Below, piece by piece: positions 49,183-64,000 of a DNA stretch of 64,000 bases. A program made the position numbers and the translations under genes. Below the pieces are notes generated by a model that was not told where the DNA came from, did not search any database, and saw only the letters and a list, made by a program, of their open reading frames with translations. The stretch is from the NCBI RefSeq assembly GCF_009914755.1, contig NC_060947.1. One strand, given 5' to 3'. Each line of letters starts with the position of its first letter. The stretch's first letter is position 1. This DNA comes from the human T2T-CHM13v2.0 reference genome, Homo sapiens.

Positions 49183-52100
49183 TGCTCATGCATCTCAAGA
49201 GCAGGCCCATTACCCATTGCATAATGAACCATTTGAGCATGCAGGGCAATCACATGCAGGAATGGGGAAAGACAGGTCAGCAATAGGGGAAGGCATGGGT
49301 CGTCAGCTTTACACCTTCGTTTCTGAAATATGACCGTGACCGAGTTATGAGTTCTTCTCCTTTGCTTACACCTCCCCCCGACCCGCGTTTACATCACCTC
49401 ACAATCCCCGTGCCTGAGAGACGTCTCAGGTAGGTCAGTAAAGTAAAGTCGACAGTGCCTCAGAAGAAGGTGTGGGGTCAGAAATTCCACGGCTCCAGGC
49501 TCACCCAGCACTTCTGGTGAACAGAAGACCATTGGACTGTGCGAGTGAGCAAGAGATTAAGCTTGTTTTTCTGCCCCACCTGTCCTCAATCTCTCTGGTG
49601 CTATGTTCCCGTGAATCCTGGGCAGCCTTACAGAGGCAGCAACATTTGTACTTAGCTCCATGAAATGTTACACAGCCTGCTGTGTTACAGGAGCGTCACA
49701 TGTTTTTGTTTTATTATTCCACCATCCGGATCAAGGTGAGTGGTGTGATCACCATTCTGAGGTTGCATCGCCAGCACAAGAGGGAGCCAAGATACAGTCC
49801 CTGGTTGATCTGAGGCAAGGATCCTTCCATTACAGCAATGCAGTCTAAGAGCCACTGTCACCAACTACAAATCTAGGGGGTCCTATTGAACTGTGAGTTA
49901 CAGCCCAAGCTCTTGGTGATGGGGACACTGTACTTGCAGTCCCACATGCAGCAAAGCTAAAACATTCATGGAGTCAGGGTTCCCCGGTAACAGGGTGCTT
50001 GGAGACAGTTCCCACCACACAGTGCCCAATCTCCTCCCACACTGCACCCACTGGGGACTTGTTTTGACTGGTAAAATGATGGTGCGACGTAATGGGGAAA
50101 AAACTGCATCTGTCGTGCCCCTCCTCCAGTGCTCCCCATGGTCACCTGAGGTAATTCTACAGACTGCCAGAGTACTCCTGAGAACAGTCGGAAGACTGCT
50201 GGTGTCCTACAGAAGATGGAGCCTAACCGTGGGCCTTCCAGACACATACTAATGAGTGATGGGACCTCACATTGGTCATATCAAATCACATTCATCTGGT
50301 TTATTTCCTGTAGGGGAAAAGCTGCATCTCGCTGGAACCCCCAGAGTGGTGCCCGCAGCATCACAGGGTGGGCAGCTCAACCTTTAAGCCATCCCAAGGG
50401 GGAGCACACGCTCCAAGACCACTCTCATAAAAGGCTGACCCATCCTCACTGCACTGATTACAAAGAGAGACTTGGCTTTCCTGGGACTCCAGCATGAGGA
50501 AGTGTAATGAGATCATGCCAGTGAGGGTCAACGTGGGCTTTGCTTGTTTCTGTGACCCTGCCAGTCAATTTTATTCATTCACTGGCCATCTTTAGACACC
50601 TCTAGTCTCAATCACAGAAAATAGATGGGCATAGAGAGAAATTGTGCCCAAAGAAAATGCACTCACTCACTCGTGGGTTTTAAAGTTTGTGGGGAAAATT
50701 AGTGGAGGAGGGTTTGGAGGGAAGTGGCATTACTTGAGAGATGCTTTTCATAGGATAGATAGAACGGTGCTGTGTTAGGCTGGAGGTGGGCCTGGGGCAA
50801 GGTCCAGAGGCAAGGGGCCAAGGATGACACCCAGGTTTCTGGCTTGAGTGACTTGTGGCCCTGGGGTACCATTGACCCAGATAGGGATCACAGGCGGAGG
50901 AGGAGAATTCAGTGAAAGGCTGAAGAAATCGGGTCTAGTCTTCGGTTCTGCTAAGATTCATATAGCTGATGGGTTGCTGAGAAGCTACGTTGAACATACT
51001 TGGCAATTACACAGGAAATAACCAGAATTCTACCCCATTCAGGAAATTTATACACATCCTGTTCTTGTTTCGGCTTGGTTTGGAGTTTGTTTACATACAC
51101 GATAACACATGTATGTTTTGGTGTATGGTGTAAAGGTGAGGCTCAAAACTGGTGGTGCTCAACCATGTTGGGTAATATTTGCAGGCTGTCCCAGGCCCTA
51201 ATTGGCCACTTAAGGGTGGACAAGACCTGTAGTGCAGAGACATCATAAACCATTGGCACACACCATGGAGCATGGGTTAGGAGGCTTTGGTCTTGGTTTA
51301 CTTATCCATCAACATCCTCTGGGGATTGTGAGGGGAGGGTGAACAGCCTCCTCCCAGAGGTAGGAGCTAGACTTGTCTTATTTACTTGCTGTGAGAACTA
51401 GATGGGGTAAAACGTGTGGGGGCATGCCAGGCAAAACCTGGTCCCCAGTAACAGTGACTTCCCATATCTACCGAGAGGACAGGAGCTATGGATTCTTTGG
51501 GTGGCATTTGTAACTCCACTGGGAATAGTATCATCAGTGGGCATTTAATGATTAGTAGTAATGTCGGTGACCATTTGTCTCATAATACACAGCTCTGGTA
51601 TGTTTTCTGCAATTGCCTGGATGAGTAATCTGTTGGACTTGCATCATGTTCCTCATGTTCTTGTTTTTTTGTTGTTGCTGTTGTTGTGGGTACATAGCAG
51701 GTGTATCTCACTTTCTAATATCTTCCAGGGCTGTTGGGAGCTTTCTCATTACTCCTCACAGCAGTCCTGGGTGGTTGAGAAGGACCGATGCTATTACTCT
51801 TTGTGGGAGCGGGAAAGAAAGCGTCTCACAGAGGGGTTGTGAAGATTACTTGGGATGCCCCCTCCACAGAGCAGCTGGTGTTGTACCAGGCCTAGAGGCA
51901 ACATCCATCAGGTTCCTTGAGATCAGGCCCTTTGGGATAAGCTCTGGATGCCATTTGTCCCCAGATCATCATCCAGCAGCAGTCATTTACATGCAAATCA
52001 TGATGATACTAGCAATAGCTGCTAAGCCTGAGAGGTTGCATTGATAAGAGCTATGGGCTGCTGAAATGATTGCTGGAGGTATGTCTCACCCCCTTTCCTT

Positions 52101-55100
52101 TTATCCCAGCTGGGGTCAAAAAACCCACCTTTCCGACACTTGCAATGGTGGCTCAGAACTGTTATCTGGTTATTAGAGAAGTGGCCAGGAGAGAGCCAGT
52201 TGCTTAGACAAAGTCACAGTTAGTGGTGGGTCTTGTCCTGGCCCCCAGATCTCCCAACCCTCACTACAAGTGTCCTGTCCAGCAGGCCCATTATTATGCC
52301 CCTTCTTCTGCCATTCCTTGTCTTGTGTGCTTTGAAGTAGGCACACACCTCTGAGGACAAAAGAGGGCTTCTTCTGCTACATGCTGTGTTCCCTCTGTGT
52401 CTAGGAGGAGGCCAGTATGAATGGGGCTTTAATGTTGGCCTATAGCCTGCCATGGGCCCACGTCACTGCATAGCTTTCCAGTTAGGCACACATAGGTCGG
52501 GATCTTGGATTAGAATCTAGGGACAAATCCCTGCACCTTTTCTTAGCCTCGCTTTCTGCATTTGAGCGCTGGGGTAAATAGGAGGAGCGACGTCAGCAAG
52601 AAGGCTGAACAGATGATCCCACAGTACCACTCTTCCCACAAAAGTACAACTACAAATTAATCAAAGGCAAGAATACCACCCTGGTTTCACTAGAACTTGG
52701 GGGAGAAGCAAGGAAACTTCCTGGGATGACAAAACTGAGAAAAGCCACAACCAGTAAGAGGAACAACAGTCACGTTAGACTGTGCCACCTCCTCCCCCAA
52801 ACCAGCATAATGCTACTCACAGAGAATTTCTCTAGACCCACAATTTCTGAGGTGGAAGGAGGGAACTGGAAGTGGACATGTGACCTCCCCATCAGTCTGG
52901 GAATCTTCATGGGAAGTCCCCTCCAGCCCTATCCCACGGGTACCCTTCAGAGTTCCAGAAGAGAGCTGAAACACCTGGGGTGAATTGGGAACAGAAAGTG
53001 GGTGCACTGATCACAGCAACTCTCACGTGGATCTTGGCAGCTGCTCTGTGCCACGATCAGTGGGCATGCCAATGCTGAGGAGACTGGCCAGAACCACAGC
53101 ACTGCTGGGGGCGCAACACACAGGAAGGCCCAGATCCCTGGCCAGATTTCTCACTAAGCCCATGTGATCACATGGAGCCTTCCCTTGACCTGGAAAGAAC
53201 TAAAAGGTTGGCAATAATGGGCCAGTGTTCGCTTAAGTCTTCCCCAGACCAAGAAACAGTGGCAGGGCAGCAACATAGTTAAGTGGAGCATTTAAGTTCT
53301 GGTGCTCACAGTAAGTCTTTTCCAGACTGAAAGCAACAGCTGGCCAGGGATTAAGTTCCAATATTAAGTAGTAAAGGTTTGACACCACCAAGGAGCAGCT
53401 GCAAAACCTGGAAGAGGTGAGCATCTCCTTAAACACACAGACATCAACATAAAGAGACAAGGATTGTGAAAACTCACAAAATGTGACACGCCAAAAGAAA
53501 CCAACCAAACTCCAGTAACAGACCCAGAAAAACTGAAGATCTATGGAATGTCTGACAGACAATTCAGAATAATCCTAAAGAAGTTTGGGGAATTACATGA
53601 CAATATGGATAACAAACTAAATAAAATTTGAATAACAATCCAGGAACAAAACAAAAAATTTGACAAAGAAATAAAAACAATTAAAAAAAAAAAAAAAAAA
53701 ACCAGAAGTCCTAAAATAGAGAATACAGTGACTGAACTGAAAACCTCATTAGAAAGGTTTAACAGCAGAGTTGACCAAACAGGGGAAAGAATCTGTAAGC
53801 TCCAAGACAGAACATATATAGAGGAGGAAAAAGACAAAAGCATTTTAAAAGAGGGAAGAAGGCCTTTAAGAATTATAAGACATCATCAAGAAAATTAGAC
53901 TCTGCATAATAGAAATTGCTGAAGAAGACAAAAAAAAAATACAAGGTCTAGAAAGCATATTTAGAAAAATAACGGCTGAAATTTCCCAAATCTGGAGAAA
54001 GATCATAGCATTCAGGCACAGGAAGCTCAGAGGTGACAAATAAAATTCAACCCAAAGACAAATTCCCCAAGGCACACCATATTCAAATTATTTAAACAAA
54101 TCAGAGGCAAAGAAAAATGCTCAAAGCATCAAGAGAAAAACAACAAAAACAACATATCACACTCAATGGGTCACCAATACAGCTTTCAGTGGATTTCTCA
54201 CCAGAGACCCTGCAGGCCAGGGAAGGGAGGAATGATACATTCAACGTGATGAAGAGGAAAAAAACTGTCAGTCAAGAATACCATATTCAGCAAAGCTATC
54301 CTTCCAGCAAAAAAGAAAGAAAAAGACTTGCTGAAACAAAAAGAAAAGAAAGAAAAGAAAAAACGTGAGAAAAATCATCAACACAACACCTGTCTTACAA
54401 GAGATGCTAACGGGGTTTCTTCAGTCTGAAAGAAAAGAACACTAACATGTAACAAAAAAATATCCGAAGGTATAAAACTCACAGGTAATAGTAAGAAAGC
54501 AGACAGATTTACAATGCTATAATATTGTCATCGCGGGTTGCCAAATATATCTTAAGTATGAAACCTAAAAGACAAAACTGTTCAAAACAGTAATAACTAC
54601 AACAATTGGTTAAGAGATAAGAATACAAAAAGATGTAACTTAAAACATCAGAAAGTCAAAGTGTGGAGGGAGGGATGAGTTAAAGTGTAGAGTTTGTTTT
54701 TGTTCGTTTTTCCTGTGATTAAAGTTAAACTGCTATCTGTTTAAAATAACCTGTTGTAATTATAAGACATATTTTATACATCTCATCATGGTAACCACGA
54801 AGCAAAAACCTATAATAGGGACACTAAAATATAAATAGGAAGGAATCAAGATTTACTACTAGAGAAAAATACATAACAGCAAAAGAAGACAGTAAGAGCA
54901 AAACAAAGGAAGAACAGATCTACCAAAAAAAAAACAAAAAACAAAAAACAGAAAACAGGTAACAAAATGGTAGTGTTAAACTTTTACCTGTCAATGATAA
55001 ACTTGAATGTAAATGGACTAAGTTCTCCAATTAAAAGACATAGAGTGGCTAAAAACACAAGCCCCAACTAAATACTGTCTAGAAGAAACTCACTTCACCG

Positions 55101-55269
55101 ACAAAGACACACACAGACTGAAAGCAAAGGGTTGGAAACAGACATTCCATGCAAATGGAACCCAAAACAGAGTGGGAGTACCTCTACTTAGATCAGATAA
55201 AATAGACTTTATGTCAAGAACCATAAAAAGAAAAAGACAAAGAAGGCCATTATATGATGTTAAACAGGT

Positions 55270-55515
55270 CAATAAAGCAAAAGGATATAACAATTGTAAA
55301 TATATGTGTGTGTATATATATACATATGTTTTTGTAACAATTGTATATATAGTAATATATATTACAAAATATATATATTTTAACAACTGTAATATATATT
55401 GTAATATATATTTAATTGTTAAATACGTATATTCTAACCATTGTAAATATACATATTTTGTAAATATATATATAGTAAATATATATAAATACTTATAATT
55501 GTTATAAATATATGC
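55270..55515 (+). repeat. AT-rich degenerate minisatellite inside L1 ORF2 endonuclease region
   Basis: Repeated variants of 'taacaattgtaaatatat'. Confidence 0.8.
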
Positions 55516-56809
55516 ACCCAACACCAGGGCATCCAAATATGTAAAGCAAATATTAAAAGACCTGAAAGGAGAGATTGACCATAATACAATAATAGTGAGG
55601 GACTTTAATACCCCACTTTCAGCAGTGGACAGATCATCCAAACAGAAAATTAACCAAACAGAAAATTAATGTCGGCATTAAACTGCACTCTAGACCCCAT
55701 GGACCTAACAGATATTTACAGATCATTCCATCCAAAAGCCACAGAATACATATTTTTTCTCAACAGCACATGAAACATTCCTCAGAATAGACCATACGTT
55801 AGTTCACAAAGCAAGTCTTAACAAACTTTTAAAAATCAAAATCACATTGAGTACTTTCTGACCACAATGAAGTAATCAATAACAGAGGGAATATTGAAAA
55901 CTGGGCAAAGTCGTGGAAATGAAACAACATGCTCCTGAACAATGGATGGGTCAATGAAGGAATTAAAAAGGAAAAAGGAAATTTAAAGATTCCTTGAGAC
56001 AGATGAAAATGGAAACACAACATACCAAATCCTATGGGATACAGCAAATGCAGTTCTAAGAGGAAAGTTTATAGCAATAAATGCCTGTGTAACAGAAGTG
56101 GAAATATCTCAAATAAACAACCTAATGTTACGCCCCAAGAAACTAGAAAAAGAACAACAACAACAAAAAAAAAAAAACCCAAAGTTGGCAGAAGAAAAGA
56201 AATAACAAAGATCAGGGCAGAAATAAACAAAATAGAGATTTTTTAAAAACAACTTAAAAATCAAAAAACAAAGAGTTAGCCTTTTAAAAGATAAAGAAAT
56301 TGACAAATCTTTAGCTAGACTAACTAAGGAAAACAGAGAGAAGATTCAAATAAAAACAGAGATAAAAAAAGGAAACATTACAACTGGCACAACAGCGGTG
56401 GAGATGATGATAAGAGACTATCATGAACAACCATCTGCCAAGAAATTCAAAATCTAGAAGAAACAGATAAGTTCCTGAACACATACAAGCTACCAAGATT
56501 GCATCACAAAGAAATAGAAAACCTGAACAGAAACAATAAGGAATAATGACATTGAAGCAGGAGTAAACACTCTCCCATCAAAGAAAAGTCCAGGACCTGA
56601 TGGATTTGCTGGTGAATTCTACCAAACATGTAAAGAACTGGTACCAATTCTTCTCAAAGGCTTAAAAACAAACAAACAAACAAACAAGCAAATAAATGAA
56701 GAGGAGGGAATAGCTTCAAACACATTTTACGAGGCCAGCATTACTGTAATTCCAAAGCCAGACGAGGACACGACAAAACAACAAAGCTAAAGACCAATAT
56801 CCCTAGTAA

Positions 56810-56923
<114 letters not shown>

Positions 56924-57255
56924 TAATAAAAGTGATGCCTCACATCAACAGAACAAAGGACAAAATCCATATGCTCATTTCGATAGATGCTGAGAAGCAT
57001 TCAAAAAATGTCAACATCCCTTCATGATAGAAACTCCCAGCAAAGTGGGCAAAGAGGTAAAAAACATACCTCAACAAAATAAAGGCCGCATATGATAAAC
57101 CGAAAGCTAATATCATACTGAATAGGAAAAAGTTGGACGCTTTTTCTCTAAGATTTGTAACAAGAAAAGAATGCTCACTTTCACTGCTTAAATTCAACTT
57201 AGTATTGAAAGTTCTAGCCGGAGCAATTAGGCAAGAGAAAGAAATAAAGAGCGCC

Positions 57256-57620
57256 TGTATTAGTCTGTTCTCACGCTGCTGATAAAGACATACCCGAGAG
57301 TGGGTAATTTATTTTTTAAAAAGAGGCTTAATGGACTCACAGTTGCACGTGGCTAGGGAGTCCTCACAATCATGATGGAAGGCAAAAGGCACATCTTACA
57401 TGTCGGCAGGCAAGAGAGAAAATGAGAGCCAAACAAACGGGGAAACACCTTATAAAACCAACAGGTCTCGTGAGACTTATTCACTACCGCGAGAACAGTA
57501 TGGGGGAAACCGCCCCCAAGATTTTATTATCTCCCACCAGGTCCCTCCCACAACACGTGGCAATTATGGGGGCAACAATTCAAGATGAGATCTGGGCGGG
57601 GACACAGCCAAACCATAACA
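57256..57620 (-). mobile_element. THE1 (MaLR) solo LTR inserted in L1 ORF2
   Basis: 'tgtattagtctgttctcacgctgctgataaagacatacccgag...ggggacacagccaaaccataaca'. Degenerate 5-bp TSD gcgcc/gcatc. Confidence 0.9.
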
Positions 57621-60099
57621 GCATCCAACCTGAAAGGAGGAAGTCAAATTGTCCCTGTTTACAGACGACATGGTCTTATATAGAGAAAACCCTAAAGACT
57701 GCACCAAGTAACTATTAGAACTAATAAGTGAATTCGGTAAAGTTGCAGAATATAAAATCAGCATACAGGAATCAGTAGCATGTCTGTTTGCCAATAGCAA
57801 ACTATCTGAAAAAGAAATCAAGAAAGTAATTCCATTTACAATAGCCACAAAAAAATAAAAAATAAAATCCTAGCAATAAACTTAAGCTAGGAGATGAAAG
57901 ATCTCTACAGTGAAAACTGTAGAACACTGATAAAAGAAACTGAAGAGCACACAAATAAATGGAAAGAGATCCCACATTCATGGACGAATTAATATTGTTA
58001 CAATGTCCATATTAACCAAAGTGATCTCCATGTTCGACATTTGACATCCCTGTCAAAATACCAATGACAGTCCGGATAGAAAAAAAAAATCCTAGATTTG
58101 TATGGAGCCACAAAAGATGCTGATAGCCAAACCAATCCCAAGCAGGAAGAACAAAGCTGGAGACAACACACTACCTGACCTCGAAATATACAAAAGCAAC
58201 CAATACAACAGGGCACTGACATAAAATCAGATACATAGACCAATAAAACATTATAGGGAACCCAGATATAAATCCAAGCATTAACAGCCAACTGATTTTC
58301 TACAAAGGAGCCAAGAACATACATGGAGGATAGGACAGTCTCCCCAATAAATGGTGCTGGACAAACTGTACGTTCACAATCAGAAGAATGAAACCAGACC
58401 CCTATCTCTCACCATATACAAAAGTCAAATCAAAATGACTTAAAGACTGCAATGTCAGACCTGAAACTGTGAAACTTCTAGAAGAAAACATAGGGGAAAC
58501 GTTTCACGAAATTGAACTGGGCAACGATTCTTTTCTTCAGTAAGGCCTCGAAAGCATAGGCAACAAAAACACAAATAGACCAATAGGATTATATCAGACT
58601 ATAAAGCATCTGCACAGCAAAAGAAACAATCAGTAGAGTAAAGAGACAGCTTACAGAATGAGAGAAATAGTATTTTCAAACTATGCATCTGACAAGGGGT
58701 TAATATCCAGAATATATAAGGAGCCCAAACAATAGCAAAATTCATAATAATTCAATTAAAAATTGGGAAAAATGCCTGAATAGACTTTTCTCAAAAGAAG
58801 ATGTGCAAATGGCCAACGGATATATGAAAACAGTCAACATCACCAATCATCGGTGAAATGCAAATCTAAACCGCGATGTGATATCACTTCGCCCCAGTTA
58901 GAATGGCTATTATCAAAAAGACAAAAAGTAGCAAATGCTGGAGAGGATGTTGAGAAAGAGGAACACTTATGCACTGTTGGTGGGAATGAAAATTACTACA
59001 GTCATTATGGAAAACAGTATGAAGATTCCTCAAAAAATTGAAAATAGAACTGCTGTGTGATTCAGCAATCTCGTTACTGGGTATATAGCGAAAGAAAAGG
59101 AAATCATCACGTTGACGAGACATCTGCACTCCCGTGTTCGTTGCAGCAATATTCACAATAGCCAAGATATGGAATCAACCTAAATGCCCATCTACAGATG
59201 AATGGATAAAGAAAAATGTGGCTTGTATATACAATGGAATACCATCCAGCCATAAAACAAAATGAAATCCTGTCATTTGAGGCAACATGGGTGAACCTGG
59301 AGGACATTATGTTAAGTGAAATAAGCCAGGCACAGAAAGACAAACACCACATCACCTCACTCAGATGTGGAATCTTAAAAAGTTGATTTCACAGAAGCAG
59401 AAACTAGAGTAGTGGTTACCAGAAGCTGGGGAGGGAAGGGGGTGTGGGGCAACGGGAGAGGTTGGCAAAAATGTAAAAAGTTACAGTTAGACATAAAGAA
59501 CGAGTTCTGGTGTTCTATTACACAGTAGAGCGAGTATAGAAAATACCAATGTAGTGTATACTTCAAGATTTTAAATCTAGAAGATTTTAAATGTTAACAC
59601 TGCAAAGAGATGATAAATGTTTAAAGTGATGAATATGGTAATTACCCTGACTTGAAGATTATACAATGTATACAGGGGTTGAAACATCACACGGTACCCC
59701 ATAAATATGTACAATTATGTGTAAGTAATGCATTTTTAAATCATGAATGAAAAGAAAAAGAAGTTTAAGAGTGTGCCCGAAACTCTTACAGGTGCAAAGC
59801 TCTGTAAGGATACAGCTCATTACTGTGCCGCCAGCCCTCAGTGTGATCTTGGCGCATGGAACTATGGTGATTCTATCCCCAGTGTGCAGAGTACCTCTGA
59901 CACCTAACTCAATGAGCATTTATTAAATGTAAATAAAACCAACCAAACAAAAAGAAAACTGAGGTAAATACGAACAACCTCACATGGTTGTGGTGAGGCC
60001 TGAATAAAGCAGTCTGTATGAACACCCCAAATGAAAAGTGTCCATGCAAGAAGACACAGGAAACAAAATGCAAACACAAGTGAGAGACAGGGAGCAAAC

Positions 60100-60500
60100 A
60101 TCTTCTTCAATTATAACAGACTAAATAATCACATTTGCAATATACAGAGAGCTCTGATGAGACAACTCAAGAAACACATGCGAGAACAAACAACAATAGA
60201 AGAGCTAACAAACAATCTGAGCAGGCCATTTATAGAAATACAAATGGCCACTATGAAAGGAATAGGAGCTCCACATCACAAGTCATAATGGAATTAAGAT
60301 AACAGTGAGATTCCACTTTTCAAACTGCAACCTGACAAACACTTAAAATTATAATGATACCAATCGGGTATCATATACTGAGGTTCTGACGCTGGTAGTG
60401 TGAATTGGCACAGATTCACGCTACGCGCCAAATGTGCACTCCACATTTGGAGTGCCATTTGTCAGGGATTAAACAGTTTTAATATATTTACCCTATGGTG
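60100..60500 (+). mobile_element. Ancient L1ME 3' fragment
   Basis: 'gaaatacaaatggcc', 'aacagtgagattccacttt', 'gctggtagtgtgaattggcaca'. Confidence 0.45.
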
Positions 60501-61577
60501 CATCCCCAAATTCTTTCTTCCTCCTGACACCAATCATAACTAGAAGTAGGGTGGGAAAACTGATGCTTCCTAGACCAGAGCCCTGGGGGCTCAGATGCCA
60601 CTGTCTCAAGGCCCATCACAGGGTCCTAAAAGGGTTCTGTCAAGCCCTTGACAGACCCCTGGGCATCCTCAAGGCCAGGACCTTGGAAGGCTCCCGTAGG
60701 CTGAGCCTGAGCCTTGACTGAGCAGCCTGACTCAAAAATTATAGCTAAAAATCTCAGGGCTCCGTGAGACACAGTTTTCTACATCCATGCTTCCCTCAAG
60801 CACCCTACGTTGGCTTCCACTAATGCACAGAAGAGAAACCTGGAGTTTGATTGTGGATCCCCAGCAATGCTGGGGTTCGGCTCACTGGGAATTTAGGGGT
60901 AGTTTCAGGGTTGTCTACTCACTGAGTTTCTTGACATGAAGATGGAGCTGGTGGGGGGAAAAATATAATTGGCAAGTACCCCGGTTTGAATTTCAGTAAA
61001 CCTTAAAGATAACAATGCAGAAATAGATCTTCCCTTAAGTCTTTAGGCTTATATAAGTAGAGTAATGTGAAAATCAGAAACCATCACTTTCAATTCGTCA
61101 TTTAATCATCTACATGAGAGTCGCGTTGTGGGGCTGGAAGCTGATTAGAGTGGGTTCAAGGGGGAGTCGGGAGAGAGGAAAGGGAAGCGATGATACTAGT
61201 CAATGAGGCATCTCAGCACGTGAGGGAGTTTACGAGAATGTATCATCAACTGCTTGAAAAGAGCATACTCATCTACAGGAGGGGAGGGTGAAGATCCAGG
61301 CCAGGGACACGGGGATGGATTTTCACAGGGGGGGACAGGCCCTGAGCCAGAGGCCCAGCACAATGAAGAGTTCTGCCGGCCTCTGACAATAAGTCCTTTC
61401 AGACACCACATGTACATCGCACTTCTCAGAAAACATGAACTTCACTGGCATTCCTGCTGCTGCTGAGTCCTGATCTGACTGTATGGAGAAAGCCGCATCC
61501 CCCAGACTGGTGCTCTCAGCTTTGCAAGGTGGGCAGCTGCAGTTTTTAGCCTTCCCAAGGAAGAGCAAACTCTTGAG

Positions 61578-62360
<783 letters not shown>

Positions 62361-63784
62361 TCCCCCAGTCACTTTTGCAATAGCACAATGGTTGATGGAC
62401 AGTAAACATGCTACTGGTTTCAAACACTTCATATAGGGTGGCTGATGGGCACTGACTGAGTGATAGCCCTTGGGCCGGAGAGGAGGGCTGTAGGTTGAGG
62501 GACAGGGAGGTGAGGTCAGAAGGAGAGAAGATGTCACAGAATCCACAGGAAAGGCTTCAGAGGCATTAAGTTATAATCTGACCACAACAACCCCCACCTC
62601 AACCTTGGAGAGAGCCCCTCCAGCACATGGCCTCATATCCATCACCTCAGGTTGTTTGTCTCTTATTATGACACCGTGTCTCTTTGTAAGCTGCCCCTGA
62701 TATATATTGCAAGAAAATAGCAGCAGTGGGAAGAGCTGAGTCTGGTGGATGCTTCCCAGAACTGGAAAAAGCCCAGGCTTCTCCGGGATGGCTCTGCTCC
62801 TGGCTAAGGTTCTGCCATGGGAGTCCAGCCACCTGCAGTCCCGATCCCCACAGCCTAATGGAACCACTGGGTTCCTAGGAAACTCACAAGTTCACAATGC
62901 CACCCCCCAGCTTGACGCATTTGGCTCTGAGACACGCCTGGGAAATGTGGAGTCCAGGGGTCCTGAGAGCCCCCTCCTTCTCTTCTGTTTTCTACTTTTA
63001 GAGTATTGTACTACTGAAATATTTCAAACCTACAGAAAAACAGAGAGAAGAATACAGCAGCCACCATCCCTACTTAAAAATGCTTTGCTATATGTGCTTC
63101 ACATCTCTCTCTGCTTTTGAGTTAAATACATTTTGGAGACACACAAACCATCCCCAATCTATACTCACTCCTCTCCTCCCTAGAGTAGGTCCCCCATCTT
63201 AGGCGTCTGAACACTTCTGGGTCTCCACGCAGCTTCAGAGCAGCTCCTTCTCTGGCATGGGTGCTCCCACGTTGCCTTAGAGATGTTTCTGTGATGCCTG
63301 CTGGAGAACTTGGGGGGATTCTACCCAGAATCCCAACCCAGAGGGTAAAAGCAAGAACATCTCTGCAGCTTTCACAGATAACTCTGGACCCAGCCCTCTC
63401 CCACCTGTACCCGTGTTCTCCTGAGGTGGGCCCTGTCTCAGTGGGAGAGCTGAGCCCTTCACCTCTGTTTTACCAGGAGAGGCCTGGAGCACCATCCTGG
63501 GTCCCAGTCCCACCCGAGTGATGGGTGTGTGCTTCAGTCACAGGGAGCAGGTCCCTTTTCAGCTGCTGTGACATCTCATGGGCTCAGTGGCCAGGAGTAG
63601 CTGGTAGGTTTGGGGAGGAAGGCAAGGCCAGGCAGACTCGAGTCCTGGGCCTGCTGGAAGAGAGGTGGGATCAGATAGATGCAGGCCACATAGCACAGTC
63701 CAAGGTGGCCCATCAACCATTTGCTCCGTCAAGGTGGTTGATACCCAAAGGGGCTCACTATACTGAGGTGGGTGCAGGAGCAGG

Positions 63785-64000
63785 TGTGGTGGGCAGCCTT
63801 CCAGAATGGCTTCCAAGGATCCCCCTTCCTGGCACCCATGCTCCTATGGAATTCCCTCCCCTTGAGGGTGGGCTGGACCTAGTGACTTGCTTCTAACCAA
63901 CAAAATTTGGCAAAGGTGATGGCGTGTCATTTCCATGCTTAGGCTATAACAAGACTGTGACTTCTGACCTGCTGGCATTCATTCTCTCCCTCAGGCTCTT
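63785..64000 (+). mobile_element. MLT1 (E/F-like) MaLR LTR, runs off the window end
   Basis: 'tgtggtgggcagcc...ttccctccccttgagggtgggctggacctagtgacttgcttctaacc'. Confidence 0.75.

Noticed and set aside
55090-55641. Tyr/Ile-rich 183-aa and 108-aa ORFs
   Set aside because: AT-rich repeat expansion inside L1 ORF2.

Overview
Human/hominoid X-chromosome-type genomic DNA, very rich in L1. It matches the Xq13.1 DMRTC1/FAM236 amplicon. One palindrome arm cannot be told from the other here, so this is either DMRTC1+FAM236C or the near-identical DMRTC1B+FAM236D. Gene and repeat-subfamily names come from recalled sequences, not database searches. Genes reconstructed by hand: (1) DMRTC1 on the minus strand, six coding exons from 9201 to 5959, 192 aa, all GT-AG; (2) a FAM236C/D-type gene on the plus strand, three coding exons 46222-46784, 79 aa, with a GC-AG intron; (3) a decayed unprocessed FAM236 copy at about 61.6-62.4 kb. 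The rest is mostly nested L1s (a full-length L1PA7-like element with target-site duplications (TSDs) and a near full-length L1MA-type element), Alus, MaLR LTRs, MIR/L2 and DNA-transposon fossils. The most notable observation is a fossil DM zinc-finger exon just upstream of the 'DM-less' DMRTC1 ORF. It keeps all eight Cys/His ligands. It is cut off by one GT>AT splice-donor change, and its ancestral start is disrupted where an exact 42-bp copy of DMRTC1's own intron has been inserted.
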